Source: Chrysemys picta bellii (lineage: Eukaryota). From it: a DNA stretch of 64,000 nt. The stretch's first letter is position 1. Each line of letters opens with the position of its first letter. Where the stretch lies: positions 54,808,001 through 54,872,000 of the forward strand of contig NC_088803.1 of the NCBI RefSeq assembly GCF_011386835.1. Direction: 5' to 3'. The notes under the pieces are model-generated. The model made no database searches. It saw only the letters and a program-made list of their open reading frames with translations, and was not told the DNA's origin. Below are positions 30,028-43,200 of the stretch, piece by piece. The position numbers and the translations under genes are program-made.

Positions 30028-30799
30028 AACGACTAAGGGAAGTGCAGGATTCTCCACTTCCTGACACCTTCAGAGCCAGACTAGAGGCCTTTCGGGAAGA
30101 TGCTTTAAGGTATGTCTCCGCTGCATGCCCAGCTAGCATGGCTATAAATAAATGCTAGAAATGGCAGTGTGAACAGGGAGGCTTAGCTTGGGCAAGTAGA
30201 GCACCCTACATGCTTGAACCCTAGTGTATACATCCCTACACGGCTCCCTGCACACCCACGCAGCACCTCCCATGGCTACACTGCTAGTGTTGGCAGCAGA
30301 GCATTCTGCTGCCAGGGCCTGACCCCGTGGCAGGGACGGGCAGAGGGGGGAGGCTCCGGTGGGTCCCTGCTGTGGAGCTTCTCACCACTGCATCCAGCCT
30401 CGTGTCCCACCCAGGCCAAGCCCCAGGGATGCACAAGTTCCCATGTGCCATGCAGGGGCGCAGGGATCCAGCTCCACGACCCAATGGGGCTTGCAACCTT
30501 CGACTCTACGAATCACTAGCCCAGAGGAGAACCCAGGAGTCCTGGGCAGTGCTTCTATATCCTGATGCCAACTTTTCCCAACCTAGCGCTCAAAATATCC
30601 TAAATCTGGTGAAAAATTCCCAGATAAAGTTTTTTATTTCAAAATGTGAAAGGAACGTAATATGTGTGTTTTTAATAACTATATAATATATATTATATCC
30701 AAATTCTTCCTATTCGTTCAAGATATTTCACATTTATTATAATTTTTATACAGATAGACGTGTTTTTAAATTTTAAACTTATAGAATTAGAATGAATGA

Positions 30800-30982
30800 A
30801 GATATCCCATCTCCTAGAACTGGAAGGGACCTTGAAAGGTCATCGAGTCCAGCCCCCTGCCTGCACTAGCAGGACCAAGTACTGATTTTGCCCCAGATCC
30901 CCAAGTGGCCCCCTCAAGGACTAAACTCACAACCCTAGGTTTAGCAGGTCAATGCTCAAACCACTGAGCTATCCCTCCCCCC
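30800..30982 (-). mobile_element. Tortoise Pol III/SINE (tRNA-derived head, CR1-like tail) nested in the hAT element
   Basis: Reverse complement reads GGGGGAGGGATAGCTCAGTGGTTTGAGCATTGACCTGCTAAACCTAGGGTTGTGAGTTT... (A box, degenerate B box) and ends ...GGTCCCTTCCAGTTCTAGGAGATGGGATATCT. Confidence 0.85.
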
Positions 30983-31241
30983 ATGTTACTTATACAGTAA
31001 ATAAAATATTTAACACATGAGTAGGATTGAAATGATAGAAAACAATGTATTTTACACAAATTTCACAATTTTAAAAACAAAAGTATTAATAAGTACAGTA
31101 TGTGCCCTACAGTGTACTGTACATCAAAGTTACTTTGAAAAAATAAAAAGTAAACATATGATTATAAAATAAGATAAAAAAGCAAACAGAACAAATAACA
31201 CTCTTTTATATAATTTTCCTTATTATTATAATCTTTGAGTT

Positions 31242-32565
31242 TTATCCATTTTCTGACTCATGGTCTGAGTCGTCACTAGGAACATCATTACCATCATTAA
31301 TATTTTTATCACTATCATTTTTACTGTACATATTTTTACAATGTAAATACAAGTGCTTAATAGTAATTACAAAATTAAAACATTGATCTTGCTTTGCTTT
31401 CCAAGCTGACCTTATAACTACACTAGAATTGAGTGTTTTGGTTGTCATACAGTTTCTTGTTGTGGTTTTTATGTCAGTTACCATGGAAAAAAATCTTTCA
31501 CATGCTGCATTTGAATGCGGTAATGTGAAAACCTGTTTTAGCCAGTTCAGATATATTTGCAAACATGAATTGACCTGAATAATCTAAATTCATTAACTTT
31601 CAATTTTTCTACAAGTTCCTCAGTCTAAGTTTGCGCCAAAACATTGCTAATTATAGCAGTACATTTATCTTTCTTTAATGTTACAGCCTCAGCAATTTTG
31701 GAATCAGGGAAACATTTTTTAGCTACTTCAGTCAAGTGTTCTACAGATTGAACACTGACATTATGTTTGGCAAAGTAACAGGCCATTCTAATCTCTGCAT
31801 TTTTAACTTGCTCTTCAAAGTTTTGTGCTTTTTTATTTTCACAATCTTGTTTATTAAACATATCATCAATTTTCTTTGTATTAGATACTGTCTCAACCTT
31901 TTGTTTATGTTTTTTACCATTAGCATGCTTATCTAACTCACTAGTACAGGGGTCGGCAACGTTTGGCACGTGGCTCGCAAGGGTAAGCACCCTAGCGGGC
32001 CGGGCCAGTTTATTTACCTGCTGACGCGGCAGGTTCGGCCGATTGCGGCCCCCACTCGCCGCGGTTCGCCGTCCTGGGCCAATGGGGGTGGTGGGAAGCG
32101 GCGCGGGACGAGGGATGTGCTGGCCGCGGCTTCCCACCGCCCCCATTGGCCCGGGACGGCGAACCGTGGCCAGTGGGGACCGCGATCGGCTGAACCTGCC
32201 GCATCAGCAGGTAAATAAACTGGCCCGGCCCGCTAGGGTGCTTACCCTGGCGAGCCGGGTGCCGAACGTTGCCGACCCCTGCACTAGTACCTGCCTGGAT
32301 TTTTACATCACAACATTTGCAATAAGCTAAAAAACAATTGTTTTCTATTTTCTGCAGCCAGTCTTTGTATTTACCTTCTTGAAGCCACAAGTCTTGAAAG
32401 GCTTTTTTGAAAGTAGATGGCTTCTCTTCTGGTGTAAGTTCACCCCGAGTCCTCAATACGGGGGGGGGGGCTATCCCATTGTTTTCGTTTCGACGTGGAC
32501 GGATCTTTGTCTACTCCTGCAGTCCTCTTCCTCTTCTCACCAGCCGTACTGGTCCCTTTAGTCAT
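31242..32565 (-). pseudogene. hAT transposase remnant: basic N-terminus, Zn-finger-like region and C-terminal dimerisation motif; central catalytic region deleted
   Basis: MTKGTSTAGEKRKR..., WLQEGKYKDWL...AYCKCCDVKI...ELDKHANGKKH, HNVSVQSVEHL...FPDSKIA, and LPHSNAACERFFS. There is a frame break at the G-run near 32460 and a stop after NVLAQT. Confidence 0.85.
31947..32281. mobile_element. hAT (Charlie-like) MITE inserted in the transposase ORF
   Basis: TIRs CAGGGGTCGGCAAC / GTTGCCGACCCCTG with a perfect TSD CACTAGTA (31939-31946, 32282-32289). Confidence 0.92.
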
Positions 32566-33300
32566 TTTTTATGTTAGATAAAAAATGGAAAGAGATCTCC
32601 GAAATAATGGAATGCGATAATTAGTATAATGTATATTTCAATTTATATTTAAATCAAAGAAGGGAACATATTATATATTATTACCCAACACAGTAGGCGA
32701 AGATATTTAATATTTGCCTGGAGGAAGGTGCTGTTACAAATTTATGAACAGCCGAACGCTCTGGTCCACATTCTCTATGCAACTGCAAGCACGAAATACA
32801 AAATTGTAGGGATTTAATGACAGATCAAGAAACTACTCATAATCAGTAAGTATTGCAATATATTTAATTATTGGAAGAAACCTTACCTAGAAGATAAATT
32901 TGATAACCATCGTCTCATTACCTGCCAGCCAGCTGTCGCTGAGGTTGGTTTGTTGCGAGTGCATGTGCGCACTTGTCACTTCACTTGTGCCGTCATGATA
33001 TAGTACGTTGAAGCACCACCAATAGGAGAGCGGCACGGCCCGATTATGAATATCACGTGACAAATATTCACCAATCGAAGAACGTATTTGGGGGAAATTT
33101 AAAAGAAGTGCAAATATTTTACTTTTGATGAAAACTTCCCAGGATTGTTGAGATTTGGAAAGTTTTTTACTTTTTATGAAATTTTCCCAGGATTATTTAG
33201 GTTTTGAATGAAAATTCCCAATTTCCCAAGTTGAAACATTTTACTCAAAAATTCCCAGAGTTTGGGAAATTTCCCAGGCTATAGAAGCACTGGTCCTGGG

Positions 33301-34400
33301 GACTAGCGCTCCGCCCCCCAGCCGGCCTCTGTGCCTGGCCCCGCCCAGAGGGGAGGAGCCTCCCAGGAGTTCCAATAAGGCCACACTAAAGATGGCGCCA
33401 GGAAGGCAACAGGGCGCTGCTGGATTAGCGCATGCGTATTGTTGGCATCTGAAGCGCGAGTCTAGCTTCTACCCATGCGCATTGCCTGAGGCTGGGGCGT
33501 GGAGAAAGTCACGCCTGCGCAGTGTCTGAGTTCGACAGCGGCGCCTGCGCAGTACCCGGGGCGGGGCGGCCCAGCGGCTGCGCACTGGCTGCTCCGGGTC
33601 CCGACACAAGATGGCGGCGGAGGGGAGGGCGCGGTGGAGGCGGGACGGTAGCAGGAAGCGGAGCGCTCTCCGGTGCCCCCAGCCCCTGACCTCACACGCA
33701 GGTACCGGCCGCGCCCGGGTGGGCAGGGGCCGCGCCCCGGGAGATGAGGCGGGGCCGGGCCGCGCCGCCGGGAGGGGGGGGGTGAGGGACCCGCGCGGCT
33801 GAGGGGGAGGCGGCCCCGGGTCCTCGGCCGCCATCTTAGAGTCCTGCGCGCCCTGCCCCCGGCCGCCGCTGTCCGCGCGGGGCCCGGCCGCGGGCTCCCT
33901 CTGCCGCCGCGGCCTGGGGCCCGGGAGCGCGTCCCCGCGCCTGCGCACTCCGGGAGCCGGGCAGCAAGCGCGGGCGCGTGAGCAGGCCGCGGGCCCCCGG
34001 CGCGGGCAGGGGCGGGCGGGCACTAACGCGGCCTGTTCTCGCCCCGTAGCGCCCGCCGCGGGCCAGGCGCGCCCCCGCCCGCTGTGAAGATGCGGCCGCA
34101 GCCCCGCGCAGCGCACGGCGTCGCTGGAGAGGAGCGCGAGGCCCGCGACCCAACCCGCAATTGTAAGTAGCTCGGCGGCGCCCACGGAGCTCCGCGACCC
34201 CGGCCCGGCTGGAAGCCGCCCGGCAGCGGGGAGCCGGGCCCTGCTGCTCCGCGTGTCCTGGCCGGCGAGGGACGGCGCCTCCGAGCGCGGGATCTCCAGC
34301 CTGCTGCCTCCGCCTCCGGGTATCGCCGCCTCCGCCGCCGCCTGACCCTGCACCAGCCGCCCCGCGCCGCGCCGCCGGCGCGCACTGCCCCTGGCTGTAA
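33301..34400 (+). promoter_or_regulatory. PCIF1 CpG-island promoter and probable non-coding first exon (donor at 33701/33702)
   Basis: YY1 motifs AAGATGGCGCC at 33389-33399, CAAGATGGCGGC at 33607-33618 and the reverse at 33827-33837. NRF1-like GCGCATGCG at 33428-33436. Donor CAG|GTACC. Confidence 0.75.
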
Positions 34401-37292
34401 CGGGCCCTTTCAGACTGTACGTTAGGCTCGTGTCATTTCTGTTTGATGTTCATGTGAGTTAACACAAGCGCATTCTTCTGCTTCTTGCCAATGACCTTCC
34501 CATGTGTTACCCATTAAAAACAACAACCAAATCATTAGTTTGTCAGTGTCGTTCTCAATAGAAATAGCCCGGGGGCCAGGAGGTACACACTCTGGTATTG
34601 AGCAATTACAGTTCCATGGGCTGTGCGGCCAGACTGACACCCAAAAGCAGTGCAGGGATGAGTTGTGATGGTGTTCGACTTTCCCAGCCCCAGCGAGCAG
34701 CCCTGCCTTTGGGATGACAGGAAATATCTCCAAAATTTCTCCCCCCTCTGCTGCTCATTCCTAATGGTTGCATCCCTCCTGTCTGATTATAGAGCGAAAC
34801 ATGTAAAATCCCCTATTGATGAAGTGGAACAAATCATGCTCCTTCTGGCTGTACTCCCTTGCTGTGTGTCTTCTTCCACCTTACTGTACTCTGTTTTGGT
34901 AGTTACCACTTCCAGGTTATAAGTCTTTGGGGCAGGGACCAGATCTTATGTCTGTAAAGTACTGTACACAACACTGATAACATAACCAATATATAATGGT
35001 TATTTTGGATCCATTTTAAGTCCAAGCATTGGTGAGATACAGGCCAAAGTGCTCCTCCAAATATTCCCATCAGCATGGTCCACTGGAGAGAGAAGGGGAC
35101 TGGGTATAAGGGACCTGGGTTTATAGTCTACTCAGCCACACTTTCTTCAGTGAGTTGGGAAGAATCACTCTCTCTGCTTCCATTTTCCTGTCTGTAAATG
35201 GAGATAGCACTTCATTTGTTAAGTACTTTAAACTCTATGGATGAAAAGCATTAGCTAAATATTATATACGCCACATTTCAAACCTTGCACCAACTTCTGT
35301 CATTTTATTGAACACTTTGTAGCCTGTAAATAGCTGTAGCTTCTTGAAGTCCACACCTGGTTTATTTTGGGCCTTACCCCACTACATTTAAGTATAATGC
35401 ACACAATCTATAACCGAGGACACACCAGCAATCCTATTGAATAAGCATAGGCTTGGGTCTTTTACATATTTTTCTAAAGAGGAAGGATTAAAAGCTTTTA
35501 GAAGTCAGACAAGATGGGTGATTAATGTAATGGACGATGCAATGAAGCTTGTGAGGCCGGCGCCCTGTGAAACACAGATTCCAACTATGGGCTGGTGCAT
35601 GAAAGTGACTTTAGCGCGGGGCTGAACTGTTGCTTTTCCAGTTTTGCAGCCTCTGCTCACTCCTGGTTAGGATGACTGTAGAGGTCACCCTGGGGTTAGA
35701 GTGGAGGAAACAGCACAGATATGCAAAATTAATAGAACTTCTCCACTTGCTGAAGGGTACAAATATTTGTATGTTGTGGTGCAGGCTAATAGGTGCTCTC
35801 GGATAATATACAGCCTTTCAGCTGTGGGCTTGTCTCTTGCCTGGCTCTGGAGAATCAAGACTTCTAGAAGACCTGCACACTTCCATTAACCCACTATATT
35901 GCCTTTACTGGGAGAAGGAAGGAGGGTGGTTCCCTCTTTGTGGCACCTCCCCCGCCAGGCATGCCTACCAATACACTTCAGTTCTGACCTGCACCACATT
36001 CTCCTTTTGTAGTTAGCACCACAGGCAGCCAGTGCTCATTCCTGATTCATAGAACTTCCTTCTATTCCACTTCTGCTGAACGTACTGCCTGTTGTGAAAT
36101 GTGCAGGAAGGGAGTAGACTGAGTGACCACCAGATTTATCACGTGACCCAGGATTTTAACATGGATCTCTATAGATGAAAGATGAGAGCATGGCCACTTT
36201 GCACTATTATTTTATATTAGTGCCACTTAAATAAACTTCTTTAATGGCAAAGAGGTGCCACTGTCTTAGATACTGAATTGGGGGGGGGACAGAAGGGTGG
36301 TGAAATACAAAGGCACCTGCCCAGTTGGAGTTGGAAAAAGGGGGTAACTGCTGAAAACTCCTTAACATTCATCCCTTTTTCCTTGCTTCACTGTAGAGCC
36401 AGCATGTTTAGGTTTGATAGAGAAGCCATCTCTGATACTTGACCCAGGATAAGTGTTTTGATCGCTTCACAGGGAGGGTTGACTGAGAAGAGAAGAGCCT
36501 GTCTCTCCAACTGACAACATTTAATAATACTTACAGGATGCTTTAGCAGTATGACCTAATTAACCTCCACGTTCCCTTTTGTGGATAGAGATAGGAGTGT
36601 CACCCCCATTTTGCAGCTCAAGAAATTGAAGTACAGAGAGGTGCGGTAGCTTGTTCAAAGCCCTGGAGCAAGTCAGTGACAGGACCAAGGAGTTCTTGCC
36701 TCCCAGCCTGTGTTTGCTTGTGGATCTCACAGGTTGTTTTTCTAAGAGCACTGGAGTTATTTTATGTAGTACTTGAATGTTTAATAGATGCCTCAAGTTT
36801 AAAGCTAACAAAGTTTGTGTGTGTATGTATTGTTTTAAGCCAATGCTATCTTATAAAGATTACGGGAGCAGATGAGGGTGCACTCTGTTCCTGGTATGGT
36901 TGAGATAGGGGAGGGCTGCATATGTTCTCAGGTGAGAAGTGGTTTCTCTTCCAGGTAGGCCAGTAGGGTATCAGACACTTGACCTTTCTGATGAGGTCTA
37001 GTTGTAAGTTGTGTGTTTTTTAATGCTGCTAAGTGATTCCCCTCTTGTGTGCTGTTCAGAGTTAAAAGTTCCTATTAATCAGTGTGTAATTAGGTTAACA
37101 GCCATCTGTAACAGCGTTCTGCCGTGGAGTCAGGTGCTCCCCACCCCGTTTCAAGCCCTCTGTTGTTGCTGATACAGGATTGTATTGCTAGAGCTAAGCT
37201 GTTGATCTGGCTCTGGGCACAGGGCCAGCCTTGCACAAATCATATTTTGATGTGCTGTTTGTGTATATTTTCTCTAGTGCATGTTCTGAGAA

Positions 37293-40200
37293 ATGGCCAA
37301 TGAGAATCACGGTAGCCCTGGGGAGGAAGCTTCTCTGATGAGTCACTCACCTGGTACCTCTAACCAGAACCAGCCCAGCTCCCCGAAACCCATCCGACTG
37401 GTGCAGGACCTGCCAGGTACTTGTTCTGCTGTTTAGGGGGTCAGGGATATGATTCTGGAGCCCTGTGGCAGCAGAGAGGGAGAGGAGAAAGTTTAGGGTA
37501 AGGAGCCTCTCGGAGCGGTAGAGGGGATTTTGGGATGATATTTCCCCCTTCCCAGCCCCCCACCCCTAGTTTAGCATGTGCTGTGACAGTGATGGGGACT
37601 GGAGCAGCAGGGTTGCTGTCCAGGGCTGCTCTTGTGCTGATACTTTTCCTGTCTCCTAGATGAGCTGGTGCAGGCTGGCTGGGAGAAGTGCTGGAGCAAA
37701 CGGGAGAATCGCCCTTACTACTTCAACCGTTTCACCAACCAGTCTCTGTGGGAGATGCCTGTCCTGGGACAGCACGATGTCATTGTGAGTAACTGTTTGC
37801 CTCAGGTGGTCATAGTGGTGCAGGGATGCCCTACTGGGATTTATATGGCACTCCTGTTGGAGTGGTATTATAGAGAGAGAGCTCCTCTTCTGAGGGTCTG
37901 CTCCTCTCTTGGGATGAAGGTGTCTGGTACTGGCAGGACACTGTGGGGAAGCAGCTTACCCTGCTACAGGTGTCTTTTCTGGCCTTGGCTAGGCATTTCT
38001 CTTTTTGGGGTGGGGACACTGCTGGAATTACCTACTCTCTTCATGTGTCAACCTATAATGCCCCAGTTTCTCTCCACTTGAGAGATTGGGGCAATGAAAT
38101 GGGGAAGACGAGAGCTTGTTCTCTCCAGTTGGAGTTGTGGAAGGCTTGTGAACTAATGATTCTTGTTGTAACTATCCTCTTAGTCGGATCCTCTGGGATT
38201 GAATGCTGCTCCAATGCCTGCGGAAGGAGGAGTGTTGGAAACCACTCCGGAGAGCAAGCCAAGGAAGAGGAGACTCTCTGAGGAAGTTCAGCCCAGTGGT
38301 AACAGCGTGAAGAAAGCTAAGGTGGGTCCTAGTTCTCTGTAAGGTGTCCTTAAGCACATCCAGGTTGGACTAAACACTAGAATTAATGTCAAATATAGTT
38401 TAAGATTAGACAGAAGGAGGGCGGCTACTAAAGAATTGGCCAGCAGATGACAGAGCTGAGTTACTCATGGAAGCTCCTACAAGAACTGAAGATTCTGTGG
38501 CGACACATTTTGAATATTGAGGAAAAACCTGGGTTGCTGAGGGAAAAGGGAGTGGAACTGAGGCAGTCTGCACTGGGCTAAGGCTGCTGAATGCCTGGGG
38601 AGCAGAGAAACGCTTACAAAAGGGATTAAGGTGACAGGATGACTCCAAATTTCTGACTGTCTCATACCACAGATAATGTGTCTAAGTACAGTGCAGCAAG
38701 TGGGCAGAGCCGTGTGTATCAGCCTGCTGGGCCTGCGAGGGGCATGCTCAGGATCTAACTGATCCCCATATGTGGCATTGGGAAGGAATTTTCCCTCTAG
38801 TCATGTTAGCAGTGATCTTGGGGAGGGGTAGTTCGCCTTTTTCTGAAACATGTGGGTGTGGGTCACTTGCCAGGATTATCTGGATATATCTCACTTAATC
38901 ATTTCTAAGCCATTGCAGAGGCCTGGGGCACTTGTGCCCCTAGTTCCCTCCTATTCTTTCCCCGTGCACAGAACAGTCTGGTCTCCTGTGGGCTGTGATA
39001 CTTTAATCGAATTTTGGTTCCTGGGTTAGTGTGTGGGTGCTGACTGGTGTTGGTGGCCTGCGATGTACAGGTGGTCAGACTGGATGATCTGGTGGTTGTT
39101 TCTGGCCTTGCATGCTGTGCCTCTAAAGGGAAGGTTTCCTGTCAAACCAGCCTGAAAGTAACCACTCCTACCAAACCAGGAAGTCAACTGAAAGGTGCTT
39201 CCAGTAATGAAAGGCCAAAAATATCCGATTCCGTAGTGCACAGCAGATGGGAGGCTGTGTCCCAAGAGAGTGAGGCATTCGTTTGAGGGAGGTGATGAGG
39301 GCTGAAAAGCACAGGCCAAGGTGAGAGAGAGAGCACACAAATCTTGCTGCTGTTGATCAAAACTGCAGCAGCTGAATCTGGGAGCATTAGCAAGCACAAA
39401 CCAGTTGGCAAAGAGAAGATTCTTCCTAGCTGTTGTTTTTGTGAGATGGTGACTGGGCTGTGAAAGAGAACCTGTCAGGGAGGTGTCCTGGAGGACTTTA
39501 CAGCCAAGAATCTGTGAGTGAATCTCTGTGAATTGCAACATTCTCTGAGGATTGAGTAAATGGGAGGACTAAGGATAGGAATACGATGGGAGGATAAGCT
39601 GAAGGTAAGCTTTGAGATCATTGTGTTCAAGTGAAAGATGTTCAGTTGTTGCTGATGTTAAGAGTTAACGTTTCTGTTCAGAAGAGTTTTACAAAGTGGT
39701 GGTCGCGGCGCTGTGACAGGAAAATTCCTAGAGTGGCACAGAGTAAGTAACCCTAAAGGAATGGCTGTACAAAGGCACTGTCTTCACTGTGTGTCCCTTC
39801 CTTCCATGGGTGAGACTTGTATTAGAAACCGAAATCAAGGGGGCCTGGAACTTGATCTCAGAGTCACCTGAACTGTTCAAGGTCAGAGGACAGCCCCAGT
39901 TACTGTCTAGTAACTCAGCCCCATGTCGCTTGGCACCCAAAGAACAGGAAAATCGGACTCAGACCTATGCCCAATAGTTATTGTACTTGTGGCGGTGAAG
40001 GAATTGTGTGTGCCTCTGTGCTGGGAGCTGGGCTATGACTGAACAACGGGGTAATGTAGGTGCCCATATTTGTGTATGCCAGAGGCAACGTGAACATACT
40101 CTGTCTCTAGCCATCAGCTGGGCATCCTGAGTTCTGCACTGTTGAGGGAGTGATTTGGGGGATAATCGGCATGGTGCCCCAGTGCCTTATTTTCTAGGGT

Positions 40201-43200
40201 AATGACTGGCATTTCTCACTCTCAGGTGGATGTTCCAGCGACCCCTACTGCCCAGCCAGTCCCCAGTTCTCCCAGTATTCCGGGAACCCCTATTTTAAAG
40301 TTGTGTGGTATTACACCCGAAGATAAACAACAGGCAGCTCTTTTACGACCAACTGAGTGAGTTGTCTCCTCTTTGCTTCTGCTCTTTCCTTGTTACCAAG
40401 TTGGGGACAGCAGACTTCCCCCATGCCTGTGAAGGGGAACTTGGCAGGCTCCAGGTTGGGGAAGTCTGGGTGGTTCAGTCTTCCGACTGCTGGTACGTCC
40501 CAAGGTGACTTCTTTAAGGGGAGACAATTGGTTAAATATCTGACCATCCTGACGACCGTTCCTTCTGCCGCAGAGTATACTGGGACCTGGATATCCAAAC
40601 AAATGCAGTGATTAAGCAAAGGGCACCCTCTGAAGTGCTGCCTCTGCACCCCGAGGTGGAACTGCTTCGATCCCAGCTCATACTGAAGCTGCGGCAGCAT
40701 TACCGGGAACTCTGCCAGCAGCGAGAGGGTAAATTCTTGTCTCTCTCTCTCTCTCTCTCTTTCCCCTACCACTGCAGTGCCTTGTTTTCCTTCCTTCTGT
40801 CTCATCTTCATCTGCCCCTCTAGTCTGTCTCTCCTCTTCCCTGTTCTTTGCCTTCCTTATGTGGCTCTCTAAAATTGTGTCAAAGAGCATAAGATTGTAG
40901 ACTCCTCAAGCAGAGCTTGCACGCAGCAGGATGAGACCCTGATCCAAGCATCTGGGCAGTGCCATAATTAGGGCTCTACCAAATTCATGGTCCATTTTGG
41001 TCAATTTCATGGCCGGAGGATTTTAAAAATCAAAATTTCATGATTTCTGCTATTTAAATCTGAAATTTCAGTGCGTTGTAATTGTAGGAGTCCTGACCCA
41101 AAAAGGAGTTGTGGGGGCAGTCGCAAGGTTATTGTAGGGGGGTTGCGGTACTGCTACCCTTACTTCTGTGCTGCTGCTGGTGGCGGCGCTGCCTTCAGAG
41201 CTGGGCAGCACGAGAGCGGTGGCAGCTGGCCAGGAGCCCAGCTCTGAAGGCAGAAGTAAGGATGGCATGTTGTGATATTGCCACCCTTGCTTCTGCGCTG
41301 CTGCTGTTGGGGCACTGTTTTCAGAGCTGGGTGCCCGGCCAACAGCCGCCGCTCGCCAGCCACCCAGCTCTGAAAGCAGTGCAGAAGTAAGGGTGGCAAT
41401 ACCGCAACCCCACTAAAATAACCCTGCGGCACCCCCCACCACACCCTTTTGGGTCAGCTCCCCCAATTTGAGAAATGCTGGTCTCCCACGTGAAATCTGT
41501 ATAGTATAGGGTAAAAGTACACAAAAGACTAGATTTCATTGGGGGAAGACCAGATTTGACAGTCCGTGACGCGTTTTTCATGGCTGTGAATTTGGTAGGG
41601 CCCTAACCATAATACTAATATTAAATAGTAATAAGCAAACTTTTTTTCTTTTCCTCTAGGGATTGACCCTCCACGGGAATCATTTAATCGCTGGATGTTG
41701 GAGCGGAAGGTAGTGGATAAAGGGACAGACCCTCTGTTACCAAGCAACTGTGAGCCAGTAGTCTCTCCTTCCATGTTCAGAGAAATCATGAATGACATTC
41801 CCATCAGGTACTGCTCAAGCAAAGTGCACCTGTGGCGTTTCTGTTCTTAGGGGATTTTTTACTGCTGAGTTTCACTTTCCCCAGTGGAGAAGCAGCAAGC
41901 TTGAGTGAAGGGTGGGAGCTGGCCCTGATGCTTCCTGCTCGGCGTGGTAACTGGGAGCTGACTGGGATACGTGTGTATTTGTATTTGTTTCAGATTATCC
42001 CGAATCAAGTTCCGTGAGGAAGCCAAGCGACTGCTATTCAAATATGCCGAGGCTGCGAAACGGCTTATTGAATCCAGGTTGGGATTGTCTCTTGCAGTTT
42101 GTATTATTAGCTTCTGAGAGCAGAGAATATTCTAAAGCCTTTCTAGAAGTGGCAGTTGCATCCCCACCTTGAATTCTTCTCAGTATTGGTCACCTCTTCT
42201 CAGTAAGAACGAAGCAGGACTAGAAAAGACCCCCAAGAAAGGCAATGAAAATGATCGGCAGCATCCTGGGGGGAGCAGATCAGTAGGGCATGAGTTTGGA
42301 AAGATTTATGCTATTGAGATAGTGAGAATCTGTGAAATGCCTGGCACAGAGAAGGCCAACTGGGTGCTGTGTATCCTTGTGATAAGACAAGAACAGTAGC
42401 ACCTATGGTAGGAAAAGGCAACCAATTTAAAATGGATAAAAGGTAATATTACACAGCGTGTGAATGCTCTGTGGAACTCTCCATTACAGGATAGTATTGC
42501 GACAAATAGGTCAATCCTTTATTTTTGCTAGGCTTTCTATTAATGAGGATAGTATGTGCACAAGTTAGGTTAAAAATGATAAGAGCTAAAGATACTTCAG
42601 GATCAGGAAGAAAGAACAAATTCCTGGCTGAGGTACAGAATGGCACAGTGAGATGCCATATTACTTTTCATTGAGCAGCATTGGTGGCTGAAGCAAGGCA
42701 GAGCCCTGCCCCAAGGAGCTCAAAATTTAAACCCTATACAGATAGTCCAGTCCAGACATGGTAGAACAGTGGTCCCCAATCTTTTTCGTCTGGCGGGTGC
42801 CAGACGAGCCACGGAGGACCATGGCGGCGGATGAACATCCGCCGAAATGCCGCTGACAAGCGGCAACATCAATAGGCGTCGCTGCCGAAATGCCACCAAG
42901 AAGCAGCGTCATCTAGAGGCATCACCGCCAAAATGCCACCGAAAATCGGCGGCATTTCGGCGGCGACGCCTCTGGATGACGCTGCTTCTCAGCGGCATTT
43001 CGGCGGATGCTTGTCCGTCGGCCAGTATGCTGGTGCTCTTAGATGCCCCAGCAGGTGCCATGGGGCCTGCGGGCACCGCGTTGGGGACCCCTGTGGTAGA
43101 AGGTTGCAGCTCCCATTGATTTAGTTTTAGTTCATTGGGGAGTGGAGGATTTTATGCCTTTCCTTGAAGCTTCCAGTAGTGGACACCTTTGGAGATGAAA

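Larger units (their letters stand above)
28470..30110 (+). mobile_element. CR1 3' fragment split by an LTR-like insertion
   Basis: LILVYKDLHREE...GKFNLEIRHRYLTVRGINHRNK stops at 28663. The CR1 sequence (CTAAGGGAAGTGCAGGATTCTCCA...CCTTTCGGGAAGATGCTTTA) resumes at about 30028. Confidence 0.7.
30547..33292 (-). mobile_element. Internally deleted hAT DNA transposon (2746 bp including nested insertions)
   Basis: 17-bp TIRs CAGTGCTTCTATATCCT / AGGCTATAGAAGCACTG with a perfect 8-bp TSD GTCCTGGG (30539-30546, 33293-33300). Subterminal TTCCCAG repeats and transposase remnants on the - strand. Confidence 0.92.

Noticed and set aside
30930-30982. tRNA-like sequence on the minus strand
   Set aside because: It is the head of a tortoise Pol III SINE, continuing into a CR1-like tail, with a degenerate B box and no complete cloverleaf.
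34400-37277. Candidate second non-coding PCIF1 exon
   Set aside because: Several AG...GT pairs are possible and none can be chosen without transcript data.
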